This document shows positions 49,840 to 59,486 of a DNA stretch of 64,000 bases, piece by piece. The notes beneath the pieces were generated by a model, which did not search any database, was not told where the DNA came from, and worked only from the letters and a program-made list of their open reading frames with translations. The DNA is taken from IMG/VR virus record IMGVR_UViG_3300025759_000061, positions 1-64,000 of that record; one strand, written 5' to 3'. Source of the DNA: an uncultured virus (IMG/VR IMGVR_UViG_3300025759_000061) (lineage: Duplodnaviria; Heunggongvirae; Uroviricota; Caudoviricetes). The position numbers were made by a program, and so were the translations under genes. How positions within the stretch are numbered: position 1 is the first letter of the stretch; each line of letters begins with the position of its first letter.

Positions 49840-50067
49840 ATGCTTAACATATTCGTTCTATCGGCAATCGTGCTGGTATCAAATTCAGGTTGGGTAAGGG
49901 GTGAGAAAATTCACCCAAAGCTTACACCAGTGGTTTTTAACTCGTATCAGGAGTGTAGACTCGAAAGACGTAAAGCCCGTGCCTTGTATCGTGAGCACAA
50001 AGAATATCTGAAAGAGAATTACGGGGTTATCAGAATCTCGTTGAAGTGTACAAAAAAGACTAAATAG
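49840..50067 (+). CDS. Small hypothetical exported protein
   Basis: Hydrophobic N-terminus; TTGACA promoter upstream. Confidence 0.5.
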   Translation: MLNIFVLSAIVLVSNSGWVRGEKIHPKLTPVVFNSYQECRLERRKARALYREHKEYLKENYGVIRISLKCTKKTK

Positions 50068-50082
50068 ATGTAGAAGAATTAT

Positions 50083-50157
50083 TGGACTGTACTCAACTGG
50101 TAAGAGAGCAAGCTGTTAACTTGTTATATGTAGGTTCGAATCCTATCAGTCCAGCCA
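50083..50157 (+). tRNA. tRNA-Asn(GUU)
   Basis: TGGACTG/CAGTCCA, GCAAG-CTGTTAA-CTTGT, G73, CCA. Confidence 0.85.
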
Positions 50158-50163
50158 ATTCAT

Positions 50164-50238
50164 GCAAGCATAGTGTAGTGGGTAACACATCAGTTTGTGG
50201 AACTGATATCACAGGTTCAAACCCTGTTGCTTGTACCA
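50164..50238 (+). tRNA. tRNA-His(GUG), alphaproteobacterial type
   Basis: TCAGT-TTGTGGA-ACTGA; G1:U72, A73, no encoded G-1. Confidence 0.85.
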
Positions 50239-50725
50239 ATTTATTATGAACATGTGAGATATTCAAATGCCCGTCAGTTACTGGGACATCAAAGAAAATA
50301 TCATAAAACGTATACATGATAGAATTCGTCGGTTGACTTATGTTCCAAATCCAGATATTATGGGTCGTGCAACCTATCTCAAGAAGATAGCTCTTGAAAA
50401 CTTCAATCTTCAATCTGATGTCAAAAATCTTATTGAAGCTGAAAACGTGTATTATGAAAAGGTGAAAGATTATGGACAAGAAGTGGTTGAAGAAATCCCT
50501 CAAAATCATTCCTGAATTGAACTTGCCGGTGGAATTCACTGGTGAGGACCTACGGTTTTTGATCAAAGCCCTTGTTGGTGATGCAGATCACCCAAACAAC
50601 TGGGGTACGATGATCAGCCTAGCCAAGAATGATGGTCTGATCCAACCTCTGAACGAGTGGGTTCCAATGAAATCCTACCGGTCACATAACCGGAAAACCC
50701 CAAAATATATCCGTCTTGTTGAGAG

Positions 50726-51316
50726 ATGATTGATCCACCATGCAGACTCATTGTGGTTGTTGGGATGCCGTCCGGTGGTACTAGCTGTGTTGCCGGGACT
50801 CTCACACACAATGGGTTCTATAACAGGGATACGGGTCCACGGGGGTCCTATCAGTCACCACTGCCATTATCATACTGTCAGGGTCTTTGGGGTCTCCCAT
50901 CAAAAGCTCTGGATGAGGATGATATGGTAGTGGTTGGCCAATGGGCATTGGATCACAAACTAGAGGCTCTTGAACGTGGGTTTGATAAAGCCGTCCAAAA
51001 AATGCCGGGTCCACCAATATGGATGCCTGAGATGTTTGGTCCGAATCCTCTTGGCATTAAGATTGAACCCCTGCTGGTATTCAGGGAGCCACGAGAGAAT
51101 GCCGAATCCATAAAGAATGCTCCACATTTCCATTATGTGAGGGATGCTGAAAAACATGCAGCCCGTGGTCAGATCGAAATTCTGAAATTGCACGAAAAAT
51201 ACAACTGGCCTATTTGGAAATTCGGTAAGGATTCTGATATCATAGAATTGGAACGGTTGTTGAATGTACCCTTACCAAACAAGATTTTTAATCCAGACAG
51301 AATAAAAACTGGTTGA
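50726..51316 (+). CDS. Sulfotransferase-like P-loop protein
   Basis: VVVGMPSGGTSCVAGTL; VFREPRENAES. Confidence 0.55.
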   Translation: MIDPPCRLIVVVGMPSGGTSCVAGTLTHNGFYNRDTGPRGSYQSPLPLSYCQGLWGLPSKALDEDDMVVVGQWALDHKLEALERGFDKAVQKMPGPPIWMPEMFGPNPLGIKIEPLLVFREPRENAESIKNAPHFHYVRDAEKHAARGQIEILKLHEKYNWPIWKFGKDSDIIELERLLNVPLPNKIFNPDRIKTG

Positions 51317-51362
51317 CACAGATTCTCTCTATGCTATTATGTAGACATAGAGAGAAAGGAAA
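51313..51362 (+). promoter_or_regulatory. Repeated early promoter
   Basis: TTGACA...TGCTATTATGTAGACATAGAGAGAAAGGA. Confidence 0.8.
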
Positions 51363-51365
51363 GTC

Positions 51366-52271
51366 ATGCAAAACGACAAGAAATTCAAGAAAGCATTGTC
51401 AATCTTCTGTAATGAACAGATTGACAATATGCTGCAATTCATGAATGACAAGATGGGTGCTGGTGGTTTTCTGCCGGTCTATCGTAGTGATGATGGTGAG
51501 AAGATCACCTACCACCTTGTTGAGTCCTATCCCAAGGGATATAGCCGGTCACCTTCACGTGCCGGTGTCCACTTTTCCAAAACCAAGGGAAAGCATCTCT
51601 GGATTCGGATGAACCTGAACCAGTTCTTGAGGAACATGAAGAAAGAGTTTGATACCGGTGAGTATGTGGAAACCTTTTTCACGGAATATGAGCACATCAG
51701 AACTGATCCGGTAATCGGTCACTTCAATGGTCACTGGACCAAGGACCTGATGGGAACCCTAGCACATGAGGTTGCCCACATGGTTGAGCACGGGATCGTG
51801 CCATGGGGTGAGTGGTACAAAAAGGGTGTTTCCGAAAACTCATTCACTGAGAATTTCAACTGGGTCCCCGAAGAGCATATCAAAAACCATAATCCGAAGG
51901 TTGGTAAGAAAACCATTAAGGGTCATGGAATTGCCTTCCAGACGATCTATGCAATTCTCCGTGAAGAGTTCGTCAACGGACACGAATCATTCCAGATGCC
52001 TGCCCTTGAAGAGGTGAAGGTCCGGAAGTCAAAGTGGACAGTCAACAGACGTGGTGCTCTTGCCCGGTATTACCTGAATATGAAAGATGGTTCAGTGATC
52101 CATGCCGGTCATATCCGGACACACAGGACCGGTTACAGTGTATACTCACGGGATGGTGAATTCATTGAAAATCAGGATACCATCAGTGGTGCACGGTTGA
52201 TCCTTGAAGAGGATATCCGGTACAAGCTCTCCATCCGGAAAGAGCAGACTTACGAAACTAAGATTTTCTAA
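51366..52271 (+). CDS. SprT-like HExxH metallopeptidase domain early protein
   Basis: LAHEVAHMVEH...GHGIAFQ. Confidence 0.6.
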   Translation: MQNDKKFKKALSIFCNEQIDNMLQFMNDKMGAGGFLPVYRSDDGEKITYHLVESYPKGYSRSPSRAGVHFSKTKGKHLWIRMNLNQFLRNMKKEFDTGEYVETFFTEYEHIRTDPVIGHFNGHWTKDLMGTLAHEVAHMVEHGIVPWGEWYKKGVSENSFTENFNWVPEEHIKNHNPKVGKKTIKGHGIAFQTIYAILREEFVNGHESFQMPALEEVKVRKSKWTVNRRGALARYYLNMKDGSVIHAGHIRTHRTGYSVYSRDGEFIENQDTISGARLILEEDIRYKLSIRKEQTYETKIF

Positions 52272-52280
52272 AATTAGGGG

Positions 52281-52340
52281 TTGACTTCGGTCAGCCCTTT
52301 TTGCATTATGTGGATATAGAGAAAAGCAGAAAAGGAACGA
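52281..52340 (+). promoter_or_regulatory. Repeated early promoter (variant shared with 54214)
   Basis: GGGGTTGACTTCGGTCAGCCCTT identical at both sites, then CATTAT. Confidence 0.75.
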
Positions 52341-52589
52341 GAAATGAATGACTATGGTGTAAAGACTTTCATGAATAAACTTTGGAGTAAAGCTGCTGGT
52401 AAAAAGATTACCGGACAGACTATTGGGGGTGAGTGGTTTACCGGTACAGTTACAAATGTCCGGACCATGTACGGTATTGATCTTCAGATTCAGGTTGAGA
52501 AGGATGATGGTGATATTGAACTGGTCTCTGGTCTGGATGCTGCCAAGGGTGAACGGTTCCTGACAATTGAGGGGTTGTAAAAATACCTG

Positions 52590-52640
52590 TTGACTCTCAC
52601 CCATGATCTGCTATTATGTAGATATAGAGAGAAGGAAAAA
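52590..52640 (+). promoter_or_regulatory. Repeated early promoter
   Basis: TTGACTCTCACCCATGATCTGCTATTATGTAGA identical to 53166. Confidence 0.85.
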
Positions 52641-52879
52641 AACATGAACATCACAACACTGATCAACATTGCCGTAGCAACCCACACAACCCGGTTTGCT
52701 GCACAGAAGGGTATTTTCATTGATAATATGGAACAGCTTGTTACCATGTTGACGGATGCCGGTCACAAGCTCCAGCAGAATTACGGTGACAGGGTTCTTG
52801 TGGACCACTCAGCATGGGTGACGAAACATGGGGTCATCTACCCGGTTTCCGGATGTAACCTCTAAGAGAGAAAGGATTT

Positions 52880-53155
52880 TTGATGCCACGTAAGACTTAT
52901 GAAGTTGAGAAGCTGGTTAGTTATGTCAATGGGTTCTGTGCTGCCAAAGGTGGATCACAGGATGCTCGTCAAGCCCTGATGGGGATGTTGGAAGATGTTC
53001 TTCGGTCCACTGGTAATTATGGTGGGTTCCGGTATCTGGTTCAGGAAGAACTGAGTGAGATTGACCTACCGGGTATTCACTGGGATGGTAACAATCCAGA
53101 TTTCGTGAACACAGATGGGACACGGGTCCGGTATCTGGGTTTTGCCCAAAATTGA
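52880..53155 (+). CDS. Hypothetical early protein
   Basis: LEDVLRSTGNYGGFRYL. Confidence 0.6.
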   Translation: MMPRKTYEVEKLVSYVNGFCAAKGGSQDARQALMGMLEDVLRSTGNYGGFRYLVQEELSEIDLPGIHWDGNNPDFVNTDGTRVRYLGFAQN

Positions 53156-53165
53156 AAATAAGGAG

Positions 53166-53216
53166 TTGACTCTCACCCATGATCTGCTATTATGTAGACA
53201 TAGAGAGAGAGGAAAG
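53166..53216 (+). promoter_or_regulatory. Repeated early promoter
   Basis: Identical 33-nt core to 52590. Confidence 0.85.
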
Positions 53217-53454
53217 ACATGAAGTTCGAAGTTGGAGAAAAAATTCGGGTGACCGTGTATGAGAATGGTTACTACAAAAGGTCTGGTTATGGTATTGTAA
53301 CCAAGATCAACGAAGAGACTCGTAGGGTTTCTGTTGACTCCAAGGAATTTGGGGGACGTATCCGGTCGTTCTATGAGTGGTCACTCAGTTTGAACAAGGT
53401 TACAAGAAAGCCTCTGCCACACTATTAAATCAACCCTTTGAGAAAGGAATTGCT

Positions 53455-53838
53455 ATGAAAGAGTTTGAAAACATTTTTGAAGCTGCTGATACAGCCGGTC
53501 GGGAAGCCGTGAGCAAACTGGATGTCCGTCCGATGGTGGTTGGTCATGCTGGGGTCTTCGACTCCAAGATCGATCAGACCAAGCCGGTCTACTATGTTGC
53601 TGATGGGGTGTGTGGGTTTGCATGGGTGAACATCAAGCCCGGTAACTCCAAGTTTGCCAACTGGTTGAAGAAGAAGGGTCTTGCCCGTTCAGACAGTTAC
53701 TACGGTGGTGTCACGATCTGGGTGAGTGAGTTCAATCAGTCCATGCAGAAGAAGGAAGCTTATGCATATGCCTTTGCCAAGGTTGTTGACGAAGCCGGGG
53801 TTGTGAAGCAAGCATATGCATCCAGCCGGATGGACTAA
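53455..53838 (+). CDS. Hypothetical early protein
   Basis: GVCGFAWV...QSMQKKEAYAYAFA...SRMD; AAGGA RBS. Confidence 0.65.
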   Translation: MKEFENIFEAADTAGREAVSKLDVRPMVVGHAGVFDSKIDQTKPVYYVADGVCGFAWVNIKPGNSKFANWLKKKGLARSDSYYGGVTIWVSEFNQSMQKKEAYAYAFAKVVDEAGVVKQAYASSRMD

Positions 53839-54279
53839 CAAGTGTGGGGACTCCGGTCCCCATGGCCATAGAAAGGAATTTGAATATGAGCAAAGTTGAT
53901 CAAATAGCCCAAGACATTTATGTTGCTGCCATTTCACTGGGAACTGGACTTGCAGACGTTTCTGATGATGAGCTTCAAGAGCTTTTGAATGCTTGTGCTG
54001 AAATGTGCTACAAGTCTGCTGAAGCTTTCGTGAAATATCAAGATAAGAGAAGGTATAGTGATGCAGAAGATTCTTGAAATTGCCGTGAAGGAACGTCTCA
54101 AAACCCTGATCACTGAACAGTCTATGGGTGAGTGGGATGATAAAACCATTGAAAAGGATGTGGAGTTCTTTTTTGAAGGTCTGAAAGATTTCTTTCCAAC
54201 ATGAAATAAGGGGTTGACTTCGGTCAGCCCTTCTGGCATTATAAGGACATAAAGAGAAAACAGAGAAAGGAAACGAGTT

Positions 54280-54780
54280 ATGGGAATGTATATGTACAAA
54301 GTGACTGGTAAGAAAGTCCTGCTCTCCGATGGTCGTTATGCCCATGTTGCCAAAGCTGCTTACAAACCATTCTTCTACAGCTACAGTGATGATTCTGAAA
54401 AGAAGAACACGAAAATGTACTACAAGACCGGGTGCTACTATGCCGATAAACGTGCCAAGGAAGGTCACATGACCGGTTTGGTCACAGTTGGTACGGATGC
54501 CGGTGATGCAGTGTTTGAGTGGTCTGAGGGGTCCTTCCACGAAGGTATGCTCAACAATGAAGACCGGATGGTCAAGGGTGTGACAGTTGCCGGGAAAAAG
54601 AGGGAATTTACTTGGTTCGACGTTAAGGTCGAGCACGAAGGTAAAACTTTCTACGAACAGATGCTGGGTCGGAATGCTGATGAAGCCTGCTCTGAAGTCA
54701 AGAAGTACCTCTCACGTGAGTTGATGGATGGTGTTGATTGGACCGGGGTTGAGTTCACTGCCCAGCCGATGGGAGCCTGA
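54280..54780 (+). CDS. Hypothetical early protein
   Basis: Behind early promoter at 54214. Confidence 0.6.
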   Translation: MGMYMYKVTGKKVLLSDGRYAHVAKAAYKPFFYSYSDDSEKKNTKMYYKTGCYYADKRAKEGHMTGLVTVGTDAGDAVFEWSEGSFHEGMLNNEDRMVKGVTVAGKKREFTWFDVKVEHEGKTFYEQMLGRNADEACSEVKKYLSRELMDGVDWTGVEFTAQPMGA

Positions 54781-55595
54781 TGAAAAACACAGCCAAGGAA
54801 TTGTTAAGGTATGCCATCTGGGTGATCAGAAATCCAGATGGACACACCAAAGACGAAGTAACCGATGCTGCATGTTCATATCTGGATGATATGTATGAGA
54901 CATACGGTATCCTGAATTATCCGGGAGATGACTGATGAGGATCAAGTATGGGATTGAAACCAATGTGGGTAATCACCATCTGATGTTGACTAACAGAGGT
55001 TGGAGTCGAAAAACCGATGGGTTGTTTTTGACAAGGTTCAAATGGATTGCCGAAAACATCCACAAGAACATGTCCAAAAAGGTTTCATGTGAATTGAAGA
55101 TCATGGAGATTATTGAAAATGAATGAAGCTAAATTCGACACCTATCATATGCTGGAACTGAGAGAGAAATTTGCCGGGAAGGTCTGGTGCTTTGTTCCGG
55201 TAATCAGTTCAAAATATGCAATATGTCATCTTGGAATTGCCATTGCAAATGAGCCGGGATATTCCCCGGTTCCGATAAGTTGGTGTAACTCAGAGGATTA
55301 TGTAGAGGTCTCTGAGATTGCTGATGACCTGAACAAGGTCCAGCTTCGTTTGGGTGAGGATGAAGCCATGAGGATTGAAGTTTCAACCCATGTAGCTCAA
55401 CGGGAAAAGAATGAAGCTGCTTAAGACAGATTGGATGTATTATCCAGCAAAGAGTTTCAGGGGTGGAAAATACAAAATCCACCTCTTGGAAAAGCAACCG
55501 GGTGTTTGGAAGCAACGGTTTGAATATGGCTCCGGTCATGTGACAGAGTGGTGTGCTTCCGGTAAGCCCAATGAAAATAGAATGGAGTTCATATA

Positions 55596-56192
55596 ATGGT
55601 TAAATCACGATTTCTGAAAAGCTTTGCCATTGGTCTGGGTTTGTTGATGACCACTTTTGCCAGTGTCGGTGCAGAAGGTGTGCCAACATTTCACAACGAG
55701 AGCCATGGTGCTTTTGATGTTGTTGGTTACTGGGGTACTACAACCAAACAGCCAACATGCCAGATCAATACACACTATGCTGATAAGAGCTATGTGAGTT
55801 TCGTCAAGAACGTTATTGATGCTGAGTTCTGGATTGAAATCAATAACAAGGAATGGGATTTCACTGGTGGTGGTATTGGGTTTGAGTTTACAACCGATGT
55901 TGAATTCTACAACTATGACAAGACGTTGGTTCACACAATCCAGAGTGCTCCGTCTATCATAGCCACAAAAGATACTGTGCAACTCCGGAAGATGAATGAT
56001 TGGAACGAAAAAGCACAGGACACTTTCGTAAACTTGTTCCAGTCATCATTTTACCTGAATTTCCGGGATGGTGAGAATGTCTTTATGAAGGGTATGAACT
56101 TGAAAGGTTCTCGAAAAGCTGCATCCAGCTTGTGGGATTGTTTGAAAAAATCAACAGATATTATTTTCCCATACCAGACTGGGAATATGTAA
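55596..56192 (+). CDS. Hypothetical secreted protein
   Basis: Signal peptide ending in ASVGA. Confidence 0.6.
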   Translation: MVKSRFLKSFAIGLGLLMTTFASVGAEGVPTFHNESHGAFDVVGYWGTTTKQPTCQINTHYADKSYVSFVKNVIDAEFWIEINNKEWDFTGGGIGFEFTTDVEFYNYDKTLVHTIQSAPSIIATKDTVQLRKMNDWNEKAQDTFVNLFQSSFYLNFRDGENVFMKGMNLKGSRKAASSLWDCLKKSTDIIFPYQTGNM

Positions 56193-56211
56193 AGTCACTA
56201 AATATAGACAT

Positions 56212-56301
56212 GGAAGATTAATCCGGACGGCTCCGGGCACTGCCTTGAAAACAGATGGCACCTTTGTAGGGTGTGGGGTTCGACACCTCAGTCTTCCACC
56301 A
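56212..56301 (+). tRNA. tRNA-Ser(UGA)
   Basis: GGAAGAT/GTCTTCC, loop CT-TGA-AA, long variable arm, A73. Confidence 0.85.
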
Positions 56302-56307
56302 AGTTTT

Positions 56308-56394
56308 GGAGAGTAAACTACCAAGGTTGGTAGGCTGACCTGCTAAGTCAAGTGCACCGAAAGGTGTGGGCTTCGATTGCTCTGCTCTCCACCA
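56308..56394 (+). tRNA. tRNA-Ser(GCU)
   Basis: GGAGAGT/GCTCTCC, TGAC-CTGCTAA-GTCA, long variable arm, A73. Confidence 0.85.
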
Positions 56395-56918
56395 TTATCA
56401 TGAGGATTAGATTATGATAGCAAAACACTACACAGTTGAACACATGGTATGGGAACATTGGTGGGAAGAAACAGTGGTTACTGGACTCTGCCATATTGAA
56501 GTTTTTTATCACGGTGGTGGAAGTTTGAAGCATATTGCTGAAGGTACTTTCACATTTTCTGATGATGGTAGAAATAAATTTCATACAGTGTTTGGTGAGA
56601 TATCATGTGATACATCAGGTGTGAGTGGTATTCATTTGCTTCGTGTTGGGAGTTTTGCTAATGACCAAGAAGCTTAAGACATTTGGGTGGGGTGATGGTC
56701 GGAAAGAGTGGATAGTTGCAGCCACTACAAAGAAGAGTGCTGCCGAATCCTTCGGGATAACGATGCATGAGTTTCGGAACTATGCCAGTGAAACTGGTAA
56801 TGATGCTGAAATTGAGTTAGCCACGTCTGAGCCGGGTAAGGTTTTCAGATCACCAATTTGCCTATTCAAAGGTAAAGAATACAACTCACGATTCGATAAA
56901 GAATAAGGTCAAGGAAAA

Positions 56919-57791
56919 ATGCTCCCTTTCAAAAAATGGAATTCTCTACAAGAGGCCCGTGCCTCTGATGATGTTCTATATCATGCTACCAGTGAGTATG
57001 TTGTAATCCAGATACTAAAATCGAATTCGTTCAAGCTAGTTCCAGACATTGCAGTTGGTGCAGATGCTGGGCTTGGTAATAGCTCCAAACGTAAAATCTG
57101 GTATCTAAGCACAACACGTCATAAGCTTGGGGGTTACCACAAAGATAATACATGGGGGGTCATGCTGAATCTTGATGGCAACAGAATATCACATAACAAC
57201 AAGATTGTGGCTGTTGATTATTGGGGGGCCAGTTTTGCAGCCGTGGACAGGTCAAAAATGGAAGCAGAAGATAGAGTGCTTTCAGCCAAACCAGAATTAA
57301 AACCGGCAACAAAATTCATCAGGTCTATACATGTCTTGCCTAAATCGAACTGGGTTTCTGATGATCATGAGAAGCAGAGACTCCGTGACATTATGATGTT
57401 AGCAAAGAAAAAAGGTATTCCTCTTTTTCATTATGACGACAGAGAAAATTGGTTGGTACAAAAAAATCCAATTAAGTTGGATATGAACGATTTGAAAAAG
57501 CAAGATAAATCGATTAATACCTCTACTAGACTTGGAAGAAAAGATAAGGGTATTGGTGGCTTGATGGAATTGTTAGTTGCACCTAAGACCACTAAGAACT
57601 TTTCTGACTATGCTAAAAAATGGTTGGATAGAATGAAATATTATGCACATGATTACGAGACTCAGATGTCTGCCGATTTTCATAATGCAAAAACGTCTGA
57701 TGAACTGAAAAGACTCATTCAGGTAATGCACAAAAAGAAGCTGTATTCCCAAAAAGACCTACAAGATTATCTGAAAAAAAAGTGGACGTAA
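56919..57791 (+). CDS. Putative internal virion protein with ADP-ribosyltransferase-like motifs
   Basis: MLPFKKWNSLQE N-terminus; LYHAT...YLSTTR...EAEDR. Confidence 0.5.
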   Translation: MLPFKKWNSLQEARASDDVLYHATSEYVVIQILKSNSFKLVPDIAVGADAGLGNSSKRKIWYLSTTRHKLGGYHKDNTWGVMLNLDGNRISHNNKIVAVDYWGASFAAVDRSKMEAEDRVLSAKPELKPATKFIRSIHVLPKSNWVSDDHEKQRLRDIMMLAKKKGIPLFHYDDRENWLVQKNPIKLDMNDLKKQDKSINTSTRLGRKDKGIGGLMELLVAPKTTKNFSDYAKKWLDRMKYYAHDYETQMSADFHNAKTSDELKRLIQVMHKKKLYSQKDLQDYLKKKWT

Positions 57792-57796
57792 AATAA

Positions 57797-57885
57797 GGAA
57801 GGTAAACCAGCCGGGGTGCTGGCACTGCTTGGAAAGCAGTTGGTACGGGTAACCGTATGTGGATCGGGACCACTGCCTTCCACCA
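57797..57885 (+). tRNA. tRNA-Ser(GGA)
   Basis: GGAAGGT/GCCTTCC, ACTGC-TTGGAAA-GCAGT, long variable arm, A73. Confidence 0.85.
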
Positions 57886-57960
57886 AAAATAATGCTTGAC
57901 TCCATCCCCTAATCTGCTATTATCTGTATATAGAGAGAAAACAGAGAAAGGAAATCAGTC

Positions 57961-58425
57961 ATGAAAGCCACAGTTTATTTCATCCAGTTGTCGGATGCAC
58001 AGGTTGCCAAGATCAACGGTCCAGTTGGTTGTGGTGGTGGTTGGGGTGGTGCAGTTGGTCGGACATATTGGAAAGCCCAGAACAAGGGTGAGTATAAGAA
58101 TGCAGCCCTTCTGGGGATGATCCAGCCAGCAGCCAAGCTGGAAGCATACGATGCAGAAAATGTGTTTCACATGATCCAGAACCATCAAACTCCATGGACT
58201 GCTTCAGAGCACGTTGAAGTTCTCACAGACAAGCCACGGTCGATGATGGTTGGTGACGTGATCGTCTGGGAAGACGGAACTACTGAGGTTGTTGCCAGAT
58301 TCGGGTTTGAGAAGTACGAAGGTGACTTCAAAAAGATGCTGAAGGAACAGTCGGAACTGGGTGCTTACTTCTTCCAGACAACTCTGGATAAAGCCCTTGA
58401 ATATGTTGAGAAGGAAACTGCTTAA
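57961..58425 (+). CDS. Hypothetical early protein
   Basis: Behind early promoter at 57896; RSMMVGDVI motif. Confidence 0.6.
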   Translation: MKATVYFIQLSDAQVAKINGPVGCGGGWGGAVGRTYWKAQNKGEYKNAALLGMIQPAAKLEAYDAENVFHMIQNHQTPWTASEHVEVLTDKPRSMMVGDVIVWEDGTTEVVARFGFEKYEGDFKKMLKEQSELGAYFFQTTLDKALEYVEKETA

Positions 58426-58672
58426 CCCTTGACTCTCCCCATGAATGTGATAATATGTTCATGGGGGTTGGCAAAGGAGAGAAAAAATGATGAACAATAT
58501 TCTGCATGGATTTCTGTTGAGTGGTATGCCCATCAGCCAGTATTTCCCAGAGACGATGATGTACTGGGGTGTGACCTTTATTGTCATGATGATGGGAACC
58601 ATGATCTACAATGCCCTGCCAGAGCCTGCACCTGAGTTTATCCGGATAGAGCCGTATATGGAGTTTTAAAAG

Positions 58673-58803
58673 TTTGGGTTCGTCTAATGAATTCTGGGAA
58701 TGATCACCTAGAATAGGATACCGGTAGTTTTCCGGAGATGGTAGTACCGATTAGAATTTCTAGATAATTCGAAAGGTTAGCCTTGTGCAGCCACCCAAAA
58801 CCA
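58673..58803 (+). ncRNA. Expanded tRNA-like RNA (131 nt) ending in CCA
   Basis: TTTGGGT/ACCCAAA-A-CCA acceptor; CCGG-TAGTTTT-CCGG arm; hairpin inserts in D and T regions. Confidence 0.6.
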
Positions 58804-58987
58804 ATTATGGAGTTTTGATCGTGAGAAAAATAACAGCAAAGTGTATGGGAGACTTGTTAGCAAAAGTCTATGAAAAAAACGGCTGGGTTCGTACCGTGGG
58901 TGAGAGTCGTACAAAACGAGTTCTGGAATATTACGATCTTGCCATGGATCAGAAGAAGAATGTATTTACTGCTATTGAGAAGGGAAG

Positions 58988-59443
58988 TTGATTATGACAC
59001 ACCTTTACCTTGAACTGGATTCATACACTGAGGTAACACGGGAACGTGATTACTCTGATGATTATTCCGGTGAAGATACATACACAGATTGGACAATTCA
59101 GGGTATCTACTTGGGTAAACCACTGGGTACATCTGGAAGACAGATACCATATGATTTTGATGTCAGTGTGGGTGACACGGTTTACCTGCTATATTCAATC
59201 AATTCCGAAGGTGATAGCTTCTCCCGGAACGATGGAGAGCATTTTGAAGACATTCTGGTGTTCAAGACCCTTGAAAAAGCCCAAGCTGCCAAGAAGGTTC
59301 TTGAGGGGTTTGATAAATCCGGTAATGATCAGATGATAAATCTGACCACCGAATCGGGTGAGACATACAAGTTTTATCCACCATGGTGGGGGTATTTTGA
59401 ACGACTCGATACTCTTGATATTGAAACCATGAGTGTGAAATAG
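58988..59443 (+). CDS. Hypothetical protein
   Basis: GDSF...PWWGYFERL. Confidence 0.6.
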   Translation: MIMTHLYLELDSYTEVTRERDYSDDYSGEDTYTDWTIQGIYLGKPLGTSGRQIPYDFDVSVGDTVYLLYSINSEGDSFSRNDGEHFEDILVFKTLEKAQAAKKVLEGFDKSGNDQMINLTTESGETYKFYPPWWGYFERLDTLDIETMSVK

Positions 59444-59486
59444 TATATAACCTATCAACAATGAAAAAGTGAACAGGAATTAAAAA

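Noticed and set aside
53689..54636. 315 aa minus-strand ORF
   Set aside because: Antisense to several promoter- and RBS-supported plus-strand genes; no recognisable motifs
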